Shown: in pieces, positions 1 through 13,100 of the stretch | How positions within the stretch are numbered: the first letter of the stretch is position 1 | Layout: each line of letters opens with the position of its first letter | Assembly (NCBI GenBank): GCA_023334545.1 | Contig: JAADVB010000042.1 | Coordinates: 1 to 64,000, forward strand | Length of the DNA stretch: 64,000 bases | Reading direction: 5' to 3' | Source: Salisapilia sapeloensis CBS 127946 | Taxonomy: Eukaryota; Protista; Oomycota | Made by a program: the position numbers and the translations under genes | The notes under the pieces: generated by a model | Database searches by the model: none | The model's input: the letters and a program-made list of their open reading frames with translations, nothing else | Told to the model about the DNA's origin: nothing

Positions 1-280
1 GCTTTTTCTGTATTCCCATTCCTCTCTTCTGCAGCATCCAGTAGCAATCGTATTTAGACAATTCATGAAGAACAAGTTATCTTTAAAGGTGAAGTTTTCG
101 TTGTCTCTGCAATTGTCTCCGATAGTCTCTTCCACATTGTCACAGTTACGAGAGGACCAGCGTCCATGCTCGAGAGCGCAGAGCGACTGTGCTGGTATCC
201 GATCGGGCTACCGGTCAGGAGAATTGCGCAGGTGGCCGGAAGGTTGACCCAACGATGACAACTAAAAACGGCAAGAAATC

Positions 281-1750
281 ATGGCCATGCTGCGGACAGC
301 TCTGCGGCTCTCGGTTACGCCGACAACGGCGACGTGCATTCGACATGCACCAATTGCAAGCACTTTAGCTGCTATGGAACATGTCAGAGGCAAAAAGACC
401 TCCTCCAAGTCCAAGTTTACTGCGCCAGAAGGTAAAAACAACTATAAAATGGCTGGATGGCTCCATTTAACTTCATCTTCGTCTCTATAATGCGTAGATC
501 GAAGCGCAGCATTGGCTATGGCTGTCAAACAGATCGAGAGCAGCTTCGGTAAAGGATCTGTAATGCAACTTGGCTCAACGTACGCTCATATAGTTACTTT
601 AGGATACATTTCTTTCACTCATTGCTAAACGAAGATGGAAACAGGAAAATTGCAGAGCGAGTAGAGACGATATCAACTGGGTCACTTTCACTGGACATTG
701 CATTGGGCACTGGAGGTATTCCAAAAGGCCGAGTGGTGGAGATCTATGGCCCAGAGAGTTCTGGCAAAACCACTCTATCTCTTTCGACCATCGCCGAGGC
801 CCAACAGAATGGAGGCACTTGTGCATTCATCGATGCTGAGCACGCCATTGACGCTCAATACGCTAGAAATTTAGGAGTAGACATTGATAATTTGTACATT
901 TCACAGCCCGACTCCGGGGAGCAGGCGCTCGAGATTGCAGACACTTTTATTCGCTCCGGTGCGGTGGATATGATCGTAGTCGATAGTGTCGCTGCCTTGG
1001 TACCGCGGGCAGAACTGGAAGGCGAGATGGGTGATCCGCAAATCGCCCTCCAAGCCCGTCTGATGAGTCAAGCACTACGGAAACTATCTGGATCGTTATC
1101 CAAGTCGAACTGCACTCTAGTATTTCTGAACCAGATTCGTCAAAAAGTAGGAATCATCTTTGGTTCGCCAGAGGTGACGTCTGGAGGCACTGCTCTACGT
1201 TATTATGCATCCGTGCGTCTGGACATTCGTCGCCGAAATGCGATCAAGGAAGGTGATGGGATCGTCGGCCACGAGATCGAAGTGAAAGTGGCGAAAAACA
1301 AACTTGCGGCACCTTTCAAAGTAGCCAAGTTTGACATGATCTTTGGCAAAGGCATCGACCGCTATTCGGAACTGGTATGTTTCCTACGATGTATACAAAA
1401 TGCAAGTAGAGTGATTGTCGATGTAGTTGGAATTGGGCGTGCAGCAGGGAATTATCAAGCGATCGGGTGCATGGTTTTCACTGGCGGATCAGGATGGTAT
1501 TTACTAAAGAGATCTGCAACATCGACATGACTTAACGTTTGTATGTGATCCAGAACCGATCGCGCAGGGGAAAGCCAAAGCAAAAGTGTATCTGGAAGGT
1601 CATCCGGAAGTGGCGGATCGGATTGAGGGCGAATTACGTCGGCGTCTGTTCGAGCCATTAACCAGTTCAGATGACGTGGACGAGGATGACGATAGGCTGG
1701 AAAGTGAAACATCCGAGGTGGAAGAAAGCCAAGATACGGGACGTAGCTAA
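281..1750 (+). CDS. recA: Bacterial-type RecA recombinase, nuclear-encoded, probably mitochondrion-targeted; join(281..431,498..579,645..1374,1427..1496,1554..1750), ~409 aa
   Basis: Motifs [18 protein letters not shown], Walker [61 protein letters not shown] and SGAWFS. Four GT-AG introns (52-66 nt) join the pieces in frame. The N-terminus is Arg/Ala/Thr-rich with almost no acidic residues. Confidence 0.96.
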
Positions 1751-1815
1751 ACGCAGTAACCAAAGCGTCATGATCACTTTAAAAAGACCAGTGGTATTGA
1801 CTTAACGTTTGTATG
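1528..1815 (+). repeat. Exact 18-bp direct repeat TGACTTAACGTTTGTATG at 1528..1545 and 1798..1815
   Basis: Read directly from the sequence. One copy lies in recA intron 4, the other 47 bp after the recA stop. Confidence 0.9.
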
Positions 1816-2024
1816 GGTTGGTGTCCGACTTGATTCCAAAAAGATTGTTACTTGCGAGGTGGATCTTGCGTTTAGAATACAATGCGGTACTACTAATGAG
1901 ACGACAGGTGGTCTCGTGGAGTGTCGTATCGTCAGCGTGGTCTTATTAGCATCTCCGAGCGCGTAGGTGGCGTTGTTCCGATCGGACTCGTAGCTCAAGT
2001 GAACCATTTATCTTTGTTGGAGAG

Positions 2025-4055
2025 ATGCCGGCAGAAATGAGTGGGAGCTCCATGGATGTCTTCCTCGGAGTCCTGACGGTCGTCATCTTCCTGGTCATGT
2101 CCTGCGGACTGTACATGCTCCGTACTCGCCTACTTCGACATCGGGAAGAGATAAGACAGCACTACTTGCATAGGTACAAGCCTTTGCTGCTCATGTAGGT
2201 AAATACGTCATCAATAATGTATGTATAGGATGCTCATGACACAGCGAGAAGCCGTCACGCGCTTGGACCTCGAACGAGAGTACGTCATGTCACGATTTGC
2301 TTTGCATGCAAGCAATATACTTACACAGCTGTAGAGGAGAGATGGATGAACGATGGAAATGCCATGTATGTGATTTCACGAACCCAATGGACCAACGTGT
2401 CTGCGTCTTGTGCGGTACCAAGCAAGTCAGCAATCGAACAGGTACGCCACAAGTATACCTTCCTGTGCCACAGAGTATTCATCGAAGCCACAGAATCCAT
2501 CCCGCCAATGCTCGAGGATACGGCGGACGTCAAACTCGTGCCATACGGTGCCAGCTCAAGTCTCAGTTTGTCCCGAGGCCCACGAGCTTCTGTCGCGGCT
2601 GCACCTAATGTCAATACATTGAACTATCGTCAGCGGTATGCTCGTAAGCGAAAGGAGTGGACTCGTGAGATAGGACTAGACGGATCTGCCTTTTGGGTGC
2701 GTCAAGATCGAGTAGCTAGTGTAAGTTTAGACCCTTCCCAACGTCCGTCCACTGGTTTTGTGACATGCCTCGTCCGTTCTTCCATCCAAAGCGAAGGTAG
2801 ACTTACGATCGCCGAATCCAGTCATGCGGACGCGACGAGGACAATCGGCGGATACAAGATCCGTGCAGAGGACATGGAAGTGATTGATCATATTTCTCAA
2901 CTACCTTTTCCTCAAAAGTATACTTGGTTCCTCGAACGCATGGACACGTTGCTAAAGCCATGGGACGAAGGGCGAATTAAGGTTTCTGTCCATCGAGAAT
3001 CGATTCTAGTGGAAAGTATGGAGCAGTTGCTAGGGATCCAGCCAGAGCACATCCACTATCCAATGCGCATTGAGTTTGTGAATGAGATTGGTATCGACGC
3101 AGGTGGTCTTCAGCGCGAATGGTTCACGATACTGTTCTCCAAGTTACTAGACGATGCACTCGGGTTGTTCATGACGTGCCATCGGAATAACCAGTCCGTT
3201 GCAATTAATCCGAACTCGCGCGAGTGTACCGTCGATCACTTGCTCTACTTCCGAGGCATTGGTCGTTTAATCGGAAGAGCCTTGTTGGAAGGACAGACTA
3301 TGCATACGAGGTTGTGTCTTCCGATTCTTAAACACTTTCTAGGTGTCCCGATCACCTTTTCCGACCTACAGTATGTCGACCCGGAAGTATATAAGAGCAT
3401 GAAGTATTTGAAGGAACATGATGGTGCCGAAGATCTAGGTATCACATTTAGCGTCGTGGAAGTGAAAGAAGGTAAGCCACGAGTGGTGGATCTCGTCGAG
3501 GATGGACAGAATGTCGATGTGACAGATGAGAACAAAGGCGAGTACCTTCACTTGAAACTCCGCTACTTGATGCTCGATCGATACAGCGACCAGTTGCGTG
3601 CATTGTCGCAAGGTCTGTTTGAAGTCGTGCCACAGGAAAATCTGATGGTATTCGACTACCAAGAGCTCGAGTTGGTCCTATGTGGTCTTCAGGGCATTGA
3701 TGTGAATGACTGGCAGCGCAATACGACGATCGGAGAAGGATTCGGCTCGTCTTATGTCATTGATTGGTTTTGGGAAGTATTGTCAGACCTAACGGACGAT
3801 GAACGCGCACGGTTCTTGCAGTTTGCGACTGGAACGGCGAGGGTACCTGTACAAGGCTTTAAGGGTTTGACAAGCTACGACGGTCGTATCTGTCCATTCT
3901 CGATTAAACCGCTAGTAAATCAGACGAGAGGGCTTCCGAGAGTCCATACATGCTTCAACCGTGTGGAACTACCGATTTATAGAACCAAGAAGGACTTAGA
4001 GGAAGCCATTTTGACGTTGCTCGATATGGAGCTGACAGAGTTTAGTGAGGAATGA
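2025..4055 (+). CDS. HECT E3 ubiquitin ligase with N-terminal TM helix and RanBP2/NZF zinc finger; join(2025..2173,2229..2279,2335..2441,2494..4055), ~622 aa
   Basis: HECT motifs IEFVNEIGIDAGGLQREWF, FLQFATGTARVP and catalytic LPRVHTCFNRVELP. Zinc finger WKCHVCDFTNPMDQRVCVLC. Hydrophobic segment VFLGVLTVVIFLVMSCGLYML. Three GT-AG introns restore a single frame. Confidence 0.92.
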
Positions 4056-4188
4056 ATCAAGACAGATCTTTATTATTGCAAGATGTAGGACACTTCGATC
4101 TTGAATCTATGAATTTCGTAGCTAGTGCGTAATGGACATGGAATACAGCAAAGACAGAGTAGTATGAAAATGAAAATCTATTGTTCAT

Positions 4189-7100
4189 CTAGCTCTGCAT
4201 CCTTAGCATCTCAAACCATTGTCGAAGGGAATCTGCCAGGATCTCTGGAAGAAGAGACGATGTCGGTAAGATGACATAGTACGGGAACGGGTAGCTCTCG
4301 AGATATGGTACCATGGTCACTTTGCCCTTAGCGAACGAAACGCTCTTCGTGTCCAAAATCGACGTGCCTTCCTGATCACCTTGGTCGACCACGAGTAAAA
4401 CGATCAATTGTTGTTGCTCCAACGCTTTCTCGATCAACTTCTTGATTCGAATGCGTCCGTCACTGTCGAATCGACCGTCCGAGATGAGGAAGACAATCTG
4501 CGTAAAGTCCACGGTAGACCCGGCGCCAGCAGACGAGTTCAGTTTTGCTTCATCCAAAAGCTTCACGATGCTGTCCAAAGTGTGCACCATGTGCGTCTTC
4601 TTTTGCTGGAAGCCAAACTGGGCAATGACTCGTCCACCAGCATCATCCGTGAAAGGAGCGTCAAACGCATGCAAGAGTTCCAACTTTTGTCCAAACTTGG
4701 CAACAGCTAGCTCACCCACTTCCAGCTGGGTGAGCGATCGACACAAGGTCGTCATTGCCTCAAGTGCAAGGCGTCCTGCATGGTTATCTGCCATGGATTC
4801 AGAGTCATCAATGGCGACCATGACCTGATATGCGCGTTTCGACGGCTTCGTCCGACGCATCCAGATCTTGTCCTTTCGGAATTGACTCGCGATGTATGGA
4901 ATGACTTTGCGCATGTTGATACGCTTGCCAGTACGGAAGTCGCCCTCCAACTTCGCTCGCAACATCGGTTCGAGAACCAATCGAAGCTGTTCGCATAGAC
5001 GCTGAGATGAGAACGACGTAAGAGCTGCATACTTGCTCCACAACTCGGATCCACGCTGTGCGATCGAGGCATTGTCACTATTACCCCATTGCGCAATAAA
5101 TTCATCCAAGTCTTCACGAAGCTTGGCGACATCTTCCTCAGTCAACAGACTCGTTTCCTCCACTTCCATCTCCTCCTCTGCTTCTACACTGTCCATCGCT
5201 GGGTTCGACGTCTGCAGACCTGCCATGGATGTGGCTAGATCTTCATCGTTGTCGACCTCACCGTCCAGTTTTTTGTCCTTATTGCTCTCATCGTCAGGCT
5301 TGCTTTCAAAATCCGGATCTAGCATGTCCATGCGAGCCTCATGATCACGTTCGCCTTCTTCGCGAGGTTGAGGCTTACTTCGCTCCTCCTCCTCCGTTTT
5401 CTCCTCTTCCTCCATCTGCATCGCTGCAGCTCCCATGGACCCGTCCTCAGGCTCACCCATCTCGGTGTCCTTCTCTTCCTCGCCTTCTTGCTCTTGACCC
5501 ATGACTTGGTTTTCATCGGCAGGAGCTAAAGCATGCTGAGCATCCTCATCTTCATCAGCAAATTCGGCAGCAGTCATCTCTTCATCCTCATTCTCATGAC
5601 GATTCTGACTCGAATCCTCTGTCGTATCGTCCGCTTCACGCTCAATCATCTCCACACGTCGTTTCCAATGCTCTTGAGCGTTCTGGGCATCTCGATACGG
5701 ATTCGGTTCCTCCTTTCGTCGCTTTTGCTGCTCCTTTGGCGTCTGCGCTTGAGAGGAAGAGTCCACTTCCGAAGTAGGACGCCACTCGTCCTCGGTACTT
5801 GCATTCACATCACTACTCGCTTGCTTTTGCTTCGAGTTGCTAGACTGCTCTTCCTGCTGCTCTTCATTCATTTCACCACCTTCCTCCTCGTCCTTTTGCT
5901 CCTCACTTTGCTCTACGTCATCCGCTTGATTCGTCGCCTGTTCACCTGCCACAGCCGCCGACGCCTTGTTCTCGTCATCGTCAATCGTCTCTTGAGGTTC
6001 AGGAGCTTCCTGTTCCTCCTTACTCTCATCCTCGACGTCATCTTCGAGACCACCAGCGCCAGCAGAAGCAGCATTCTCATCCATTTCCTCCTCCTCTTCT
6101 TTCTCTTCCTCCTTGTCATCTCCTACCTCTGGCTCCATGCTCTCATCTTCCTGTCCTGCCTCTTCCATATCTTCATCCTCCCCTTGGTCAGCAGCGTTGC
6201 CCTCAGGCTCGTCCTGACCATCCTCATCGTCCCCATCGAGCTGCATGTCGTCTGGCAGATCTTCACCTTCTTCCTCTCCGCGTTCGTCTTGCTCTTGCGC
6301 ATCGACGTCCTGATGATGCTCTTCATAGTTGTCTTCCAAGTCATCATTCACAGGATCCTCTGGTTTGTCTTCATTCATGCCCTCATCCTCCTTCGTCTCA
6401 GGCTCTTGCTGCGGTGGCTTATCCTCTTCCTGTTTCTTCTCGGACTCGCCAGCATCATCATCGTCCTTGCCTCGAATCTCGTCCTCCAGCTGCTCTTCCC
6501 CATCCACATTGGCATTCTCTTCAAACTTTTCCTTTTGCTTGTCGATCTTGTCGTCTTCATCATCCGAGTCATCACCCCACATCTTCTCATCCACAACGTT
6601 CTCTTCATCCTGCTCTAGATCCCCCATCTCACGATCCAACTCCTCTCCTTCCTCCTCCTTATCATCCTCTTTCTGCTCTTCATCCGGCACATCTTCCATC
6701 GTCCCTTCAAAGTCATTCTCCATCTCCATACCCTTGTCCTGGTCCTGCTTCTGTCCTTCCGACTGCTCATTCTGCTCCTCTCCTTGTAGACCTAGAAGCT
6801 GTTCTTCATCCTCAATCTGATCACTCACGTCCTTCTTTCCTTCTCCTTCGCCCATACCGGTACCTTCGACATCGTCCTGGAACTGCATCTTCCCATCACC
6901 TTCACCACTCTCGTCGCCTTCCTCCTCTTCCGTCCGACAGAAGCCGTGGAAGAACAAGTTGCGGAAGACTCGAACGAGAACGTAGTCTAGCTTCATCATA
7001 CTCTTGTGCGTCACAAGCAGATCGACGATCAATTGACGACTAATAGACTTGACCGCCTCGAGCGCTGGGTTCACAGCTTCCATCATGGACAAGCATGTCG

Positions 7101-10100
7101 ACAACGTGTCACGTCGTTCCGTATCATCCGGATGGTTGGATAGGTGCGTGTACTGATCAGAGAGCTTGGCAAGGACAGTGGATAGCTTGGAAGAGATCTG
7201 CTTGATCTTGACTGCCTTGACAAGTTGCGTCAGATGATTCATCTGCGATGTAAGTGTGGACTCTTCCGACACCTCTTCACTCTTGTCAGACTTTGATAAC
7301 TTGGTAGCTTCTTGTACCCCGACAAGAACGGTTTCAACTAGATCGTCATAATCAGAGGTAAAGGCATGAAGAGCTTCATCAGTAGTGGTGCTCAATGTAT
7401 CGATCGACATGCTTTTCGATACATCCGCAGCTCGGAACTGACGATCTTGCTTCATCAATGCGACGAGAGCAGAGTGCAGCTGATCGACACTTGCACTCGG
7501 TGCAACGGACGTGACAGAAGCTGCCAATTGTCCTAGCTTGGACAAGACCATCTCGAGCTTATTCGAGTTCTTTTCCAAGACATCGATACTGGTCGGTAAC
7601 GTCGGCTTCGGAGTAATCTGGTTCACTTCTGGCGATACACCACATCGCTCTTTACTGGCAATAGCATTCATGGGTTGCGCCAGTCGGAGAAGAGATGAAT
7701 GGTGCACAGGAGGTGCACCTAACGATCTCGGGAGGGTACTTGATGACTTGAGCGAACCTTCCACCTGATCCAGTAGAGACGAGCACTGGGATACAACGTC
7801 CATGAGGGAGCTCGTGCTGCTATTGCTACCAGACGTCGCCACAAGCTGTGCGATCGCCGCTTCTAGATCCTCCAGTGGTGTACGCATTCGAAGCACAACA
7901 TCCAGCTGATGCAGTTTCCAACGCACGAGTCGGTCCAAGTCATGTGACTGAGAGCTTGATGACTCTTGGAGGAAAGCAGACTTGAATTCGTGCAGCTCTG
8001 ACAGAGTCGACAAGCCTTCCATCAGATGCTCATGGCTGAGGGAAGAAGCATGCAGCAACTGACGCTGTTGAAGCATGTTTAAAAGCATGTTCTCGGCGTA
8101 TCCACTCATTCGATCGACTTCACTCATGGACAAATCTTTCGAAAAGTTGGAAGCAGCACTAAAGCGTAGAGAAGACAGTTGGCTCAAGAAGCGATAGTAG
8201 TAACTATCAGCACGTTCCCAAAGCCACTTTGGTCGCAATCTTTCGATCTGCGTTTGCTTCATCTCTGCTTCCTTCTTCTTTGCTTTTCCCTTCTTCTTCA
8301 ACTGACCAGAGTTACCTTCGGCTTCTGGCAGGTCAACAAGTGCGTCGATGTCATCTAGCTCAAGGCATGACAAGACTTCCGGCGCATCGATAGCAAATAT
8401 GTCTTCCATCCGTTGCTGCTGCTCTGGTAGTCGCAGACGATGGTACTCTAGCCCCTGCGTCTTCAACTCACTCAAGAGATCAATGAGCGCCTTCTTCTTC
8501 GCACCCTTCGGAAGCTCCTTACTCTTCTTCTGCAACAAGTCCATGCGGTAGAATACGGCAGAGCATAGCTCTTCCACTACTTCCATCGGCTTCTGACGAC
8601 ATTTCACCTCTTCTCTCGACAAAATGTGGGAAGTCGTGAACTCTGTGATGCGTTTAGACAGCTTCGGAAGACGCTCTGCATACGTAGAGCCGGGCACGAG
8701 CTTGACTTGTGTCAAAGACTTCGACTGGAGGACCTCTGGCGACAAACGCAGCACCACGATCTGTTCTGGCTCAGTCTCACTCATCTCCGTATCCTCCTCT
8801 TCATCCTTCGGTGGCGGAGTGTAATCATTGAAGCTGGTCAAGTCCGTCTTGGTGGCGTTGATACCGACGAAACCACCTTCTTTGCTAATGCCATTGTCCG
8901 TTGCAGTGTCCAGGATCGATTGCATCGGTACAGTGAGCACTGCGTCGTAATCTCTCACAAACTTCATGAGCTTTCGGTGTGATTTCTCAGCTGATTCGGC
9001 CAATGAGTAGTACGTCTGCTCATCCCATCGAGCGATCTTGACGAACTCCTCTAATTTCTTCTGAATAGGAGCCTTTAGGCCGTCCCACTGGCGGCCGAGA
9101 TGCGTCAAGTGCTGTCCATAGTATCGGTACAAGTGGTACAGCACCTTGCCTAGCGCAAAGTGGGATCCGTATGCGTGCTGACTGCTCGAAGAGTTCCAGA
9201 ATTGCGTTAAAAGTTGACAGCAGAGCGAGTACACAAGCAACAATCTAGTTTCGTACTGTCCAATCGGACAGGAACGAAGGTAGCTGTCGAGTGTAGAGAA
9301 GAGTTCACTCATCCACTTACTCTTCTCTGTGGTCGGAGCAGCACTTCCATCATGCAAGAAGATCCATGAAGATTCAGCATTCAGGTACAGCCACTGGATC
9401 TCGCTTTTAGCTGTCAAGTCTTCATTCAGACGACTCGAGTCCACATCAGCTTCAAACGGAGAAGTGAGGAGCGAGTACAGCTGCAGCCAAGACTTTTGTG
9501 CCTGATTACGATGCTGCTTCTCCTTCATGACGAGCAAGTGAGGCCACGAGTACAGCTCGAGCTTGCGCCAGCGTGTCACGAGTGCAGATAGAGGCGACAG
9601 CTGTGCTGAGATCGAGTAGTCTCGAGCAGCGTATGCCTCCCAATCTTGGGCTTTACGAAGCAGGAGCTCAACGCTCGTGAGCGTCTGAGCAAGTGGAACA
9701 CTGATAGCAAAGTTACGAATACGGTCAGCAATGCGGACAATCTGCTGCAGAATGGCATGGTCTGGCCACATCGCCAGCAGTCCCTGGACTCGGATCAACA
9801 AGTCTTGCAACGGACGTGCCACGAGGATCATTTCTTTCACGAATGGATCTCGGTGGAAGTCAATGCCGCTAACATACGTGCTGGAGAGCGAGTCTAGAGA
9901 CGGCACAGAAGACATTTCAAGTCTAGACTGCACGATGGATGCAGCAAGATTGCCTGACGCGAGGATAGATTGCTCGATAGATCCAGACGATAAGGCATTT
10001 ACAGCTTTGTGGAGTCGAGTAGCTAGCGTAAAGGAACGAGCAAATGCTTGGAGCGCATTCTTACGGCTGCGGCTGACTGTGTTTGAATGAGTTGCAACGG

Positions 10101-13100
10101 CGTAGAGACTCACGTGCACGTCGAACAACTGCAGCAGTAATTTGTCACTGATGACGATGTCATTACTGCTGTCACCTCGCTGTTGACCGCTATTCAAGAA
10201 CGACTCGACATTGCTCGTACCGTAGTCTGGGAACTGCTCCTGATACTCCTTTTCAAGCAACTCTTCTTCCGTCTCAAGATCGACCTGTCGCGTTTTGTAC
10301 TTGACAAGCTCTTCTTCTTCTAATCGCTTTTGCTCAATAGCATTCTGTTGGTCCTTCCACTTGGTTAAGAACGCATCGAATAAGGACTTTGCATGATCTA
10401 GCGCTTTTTCCGCCACAGACACCGACACGGACTGATTGGCTGCAATCACAGCCATCACGTCGCGTCGGAACTGGAACTCGGATCGGTCCAATGCAATCTC
10501 TAGGAGCGCTACATCACCTTTGCTGCTGTGCATGTAGCCTAGAATCTGGTTCAGAAGAGACTGCTTCCCAGTCGCATTTAAGAGTCCATCGATCTCTCTC
10601 CATGCACTCGTGTTTGCACGAGGTACGGACGGGAACTGCACGAGCGACTGCATCAGAGCAGCCTTATCTTGCTCCTGAACCTTCGTCTTCATCTCGACGA
10701 CACGGCGCTGCAAATCCATCACCAACAAACCAAGACCTTCCACAACGGTACTGATCGATGCACTCACGGGTTCAATGACATCCCGGAAACTCGCAAAGTA
10801 CTTGGAGCAGATCTGATGGACGAAACCTTCCACCGTCTGTTGTAGGATCTCCAATTCGCCTTGCAGACGCTCCATCACCGGAAGAGATTCCGACGACTGA
10901 ATTTGCTGCGTGATAGTGCCAAGCTTTTGCGGTGATAAAATTGTCATTTGGAAGCGCAGCAGCTCTCGGAATAGCTCAGCAAACTTCTGTGCAGAGACGA
11001 CTTCTACAGACTTGGACGATCCAGACTTGCTCTCTTGGTATCGCTGGACAGAGTAGGCAGAGATGTCTTTAATACGATTGTACAGATACTCTAGCTCCTC
11101 CGTTTCCTCCTTTGCAACCGAGTCGCTCTGTTCAGGTACGACATGCAGACGTTGAGACGCTTGGACCGCTGCGTCATGCAACGTTCGTCCGGCCAGACGT
11201 TGCAACAGAGCATCCTGCTTCACGAGTGGTTTACTCGAAGGATCGACTGGAGAAGAAGGTGCCAACAGTTCCATCCTCAGTACACCTAATTGCACCATCG
11301 CTAGTCCTAGTGCACGAATATCGCCTGAGGAATTCTCGCTACACAAGAGTCCTAGTACATGTGCGATATGGGAATCGACTCGAGATACGAATGCATCGTC
11401 CGAAGACTGCTTCAGCAGCTGCAGTAGTTGCGGCACGTCCGTAGCAGCAGTCAATCTCTTCTGCAGAACAGCTAGAATATGAAGCCAATGTTCTTCCGTA
11501 AAGGTCTTCTTGAAGGCCATGATAGTGGACACAAGGATCGTTCTCAAAAGCGAAGTTATGCTTTCAGAGACATCGCTGGTTATTCCAGTAGAAGCAAGGA
11601 GATTGTGCTGAACCTTTGCAAGACGTGCCGTTCGGACAGGAGCTTCAATGACAGCAATCGTAGACTGCTCTAGATCCACTTCGCCAACATGATTTAGCAC
11701 AAGTGCACTTTCGACACATTGCAACAGTCTAGGCAAACCGCTCGTAACTCGAGCAGAGAGTTCACTGTCGTTGCTACCGACTGCAGTGGAGTGCTTTCGG
11801 AGATTGCGCAGACGACGTTGCGTGTTGAAAATCTCAAGAGCGACAGCGTCTGAATCGTTGAAGCTGTTGCAACGTAAGAAGCGGAAGAATCCAAATAAGA
11901 CTGTGTTCGTGTGTCTTGTCAGTAGGTCCATAAAGTTCCCAATATCCCCACCTTGTCCCTCGACATCGTCCGCTTTGTTCAAGAAAGCATGCCCGCTCCA
12001 GACAAGGTCTTGGTATGCATGGTACGTTGCAGGATCACGCAGACCAAGCTCCATGAGTTTCTGCACCAATTTCTCCAGTTCAGTCAAAACACTGGCAATC
12101 TCGTTCTCGAGTTTTGTTTCAGCAATGTCCACAGCTTGCACGTGGTAAGAGTTCGCAATGTCTATCAATCTAGTGATCAACGCAAGCTCTTCCTTTGCCA
12201 GTCGAACTTCGATTAACGGTCCGAGCTGGAACTGCACCAATTGGTCAATGAACGCAGCACTGTCTTTTAGATCGAAGAGCAAGATCGGAACATCGCGGCC
12301 CAATCGTCTCTCATCATCATTCATCAACTCCATCATTGCATTCTCAGGCGTGTCTTCCAATTCGCGCAAGTACAAAGTCTTCTTCTCCAACTCCGACGTG
12401 ACCTGCTCTTGACTCTGTCGAATCTTCTTTAGCAATGCAGGAGGTAGCTTCAAAATCTCTTGCGACATCCACTTTCCACCTGCTTCACCACTCGTACGCG
12501 TGTGCTGCTGTGCCATGTAGGAGAATGCACACAAAGCATGTAAGACTTCCTTACGTGTCTCTGTATCGACAAAGAAGAGAGGTGATACGTCCAATCGACC
12601 ACTCTTCATGGCAGCTTCCATAGATGAAACGCCTCCGAAGAGTAGTGCTAAAACATCTACCTGACCGTCCACAGAGCCATCTCTTCCATTCGCTAGATTT
12701 ACAGCAGAGAAGCAAGATTCGTTTGCATGCATGAAGTTGCTCGACAGTTTCTCCAGCAAGTATTGCGCGTGCCACATGTCAGAGTTCTTTGGTAGCAGAG
12801 CATGCCCACCATTCTTCCACAACGTATTCTTTCTCGGACTACGACCAATGGTCTGGAGAATCTCACTTTGCATACGCTCAGCAAGTGTCATCAGGTCATT
12901 GTAGCTTGTGGAGACATCGGCTCCAGTTTCACTCGAGACAAAGACTTCGTAGGCCTTAATCGACTTTGTCAGCCATTTCCAGTGCACCAGGAACCGAGTC
13001 CAGTCGAGTGTCGAACGGTCAAGATGAGTTGCAAAGTCGTATCGTGCACGAAGTGCAGACTGGAACCATTCCATCTCGTTGCTATCCTTCGCACCAATGG

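Noticed and set aside
1-66. Minus-strand ATG at 66 opening a frame off the window edge (MNCLNTIATGCCRREEWEYRKS)
   Set aside because: Could be a gene divergent from recA, but 22 codons are too little to support.
622-1530. RecA as a 302-aa intronless bacterial gene (contamination or recent HGT)
   Set aside because: The ORF start (TTG) and end run into introns. Spliced exons supply the missing N- and C-terminal RecA motifs.
5533-7043. Long plus-strand ORFs (361, 163 and 209 aa) antisense to midasin
   Set aside because: Leu/Phe- or Ser-rich shadow frames produced by the D/E-rich low-complexity codons of midasin.
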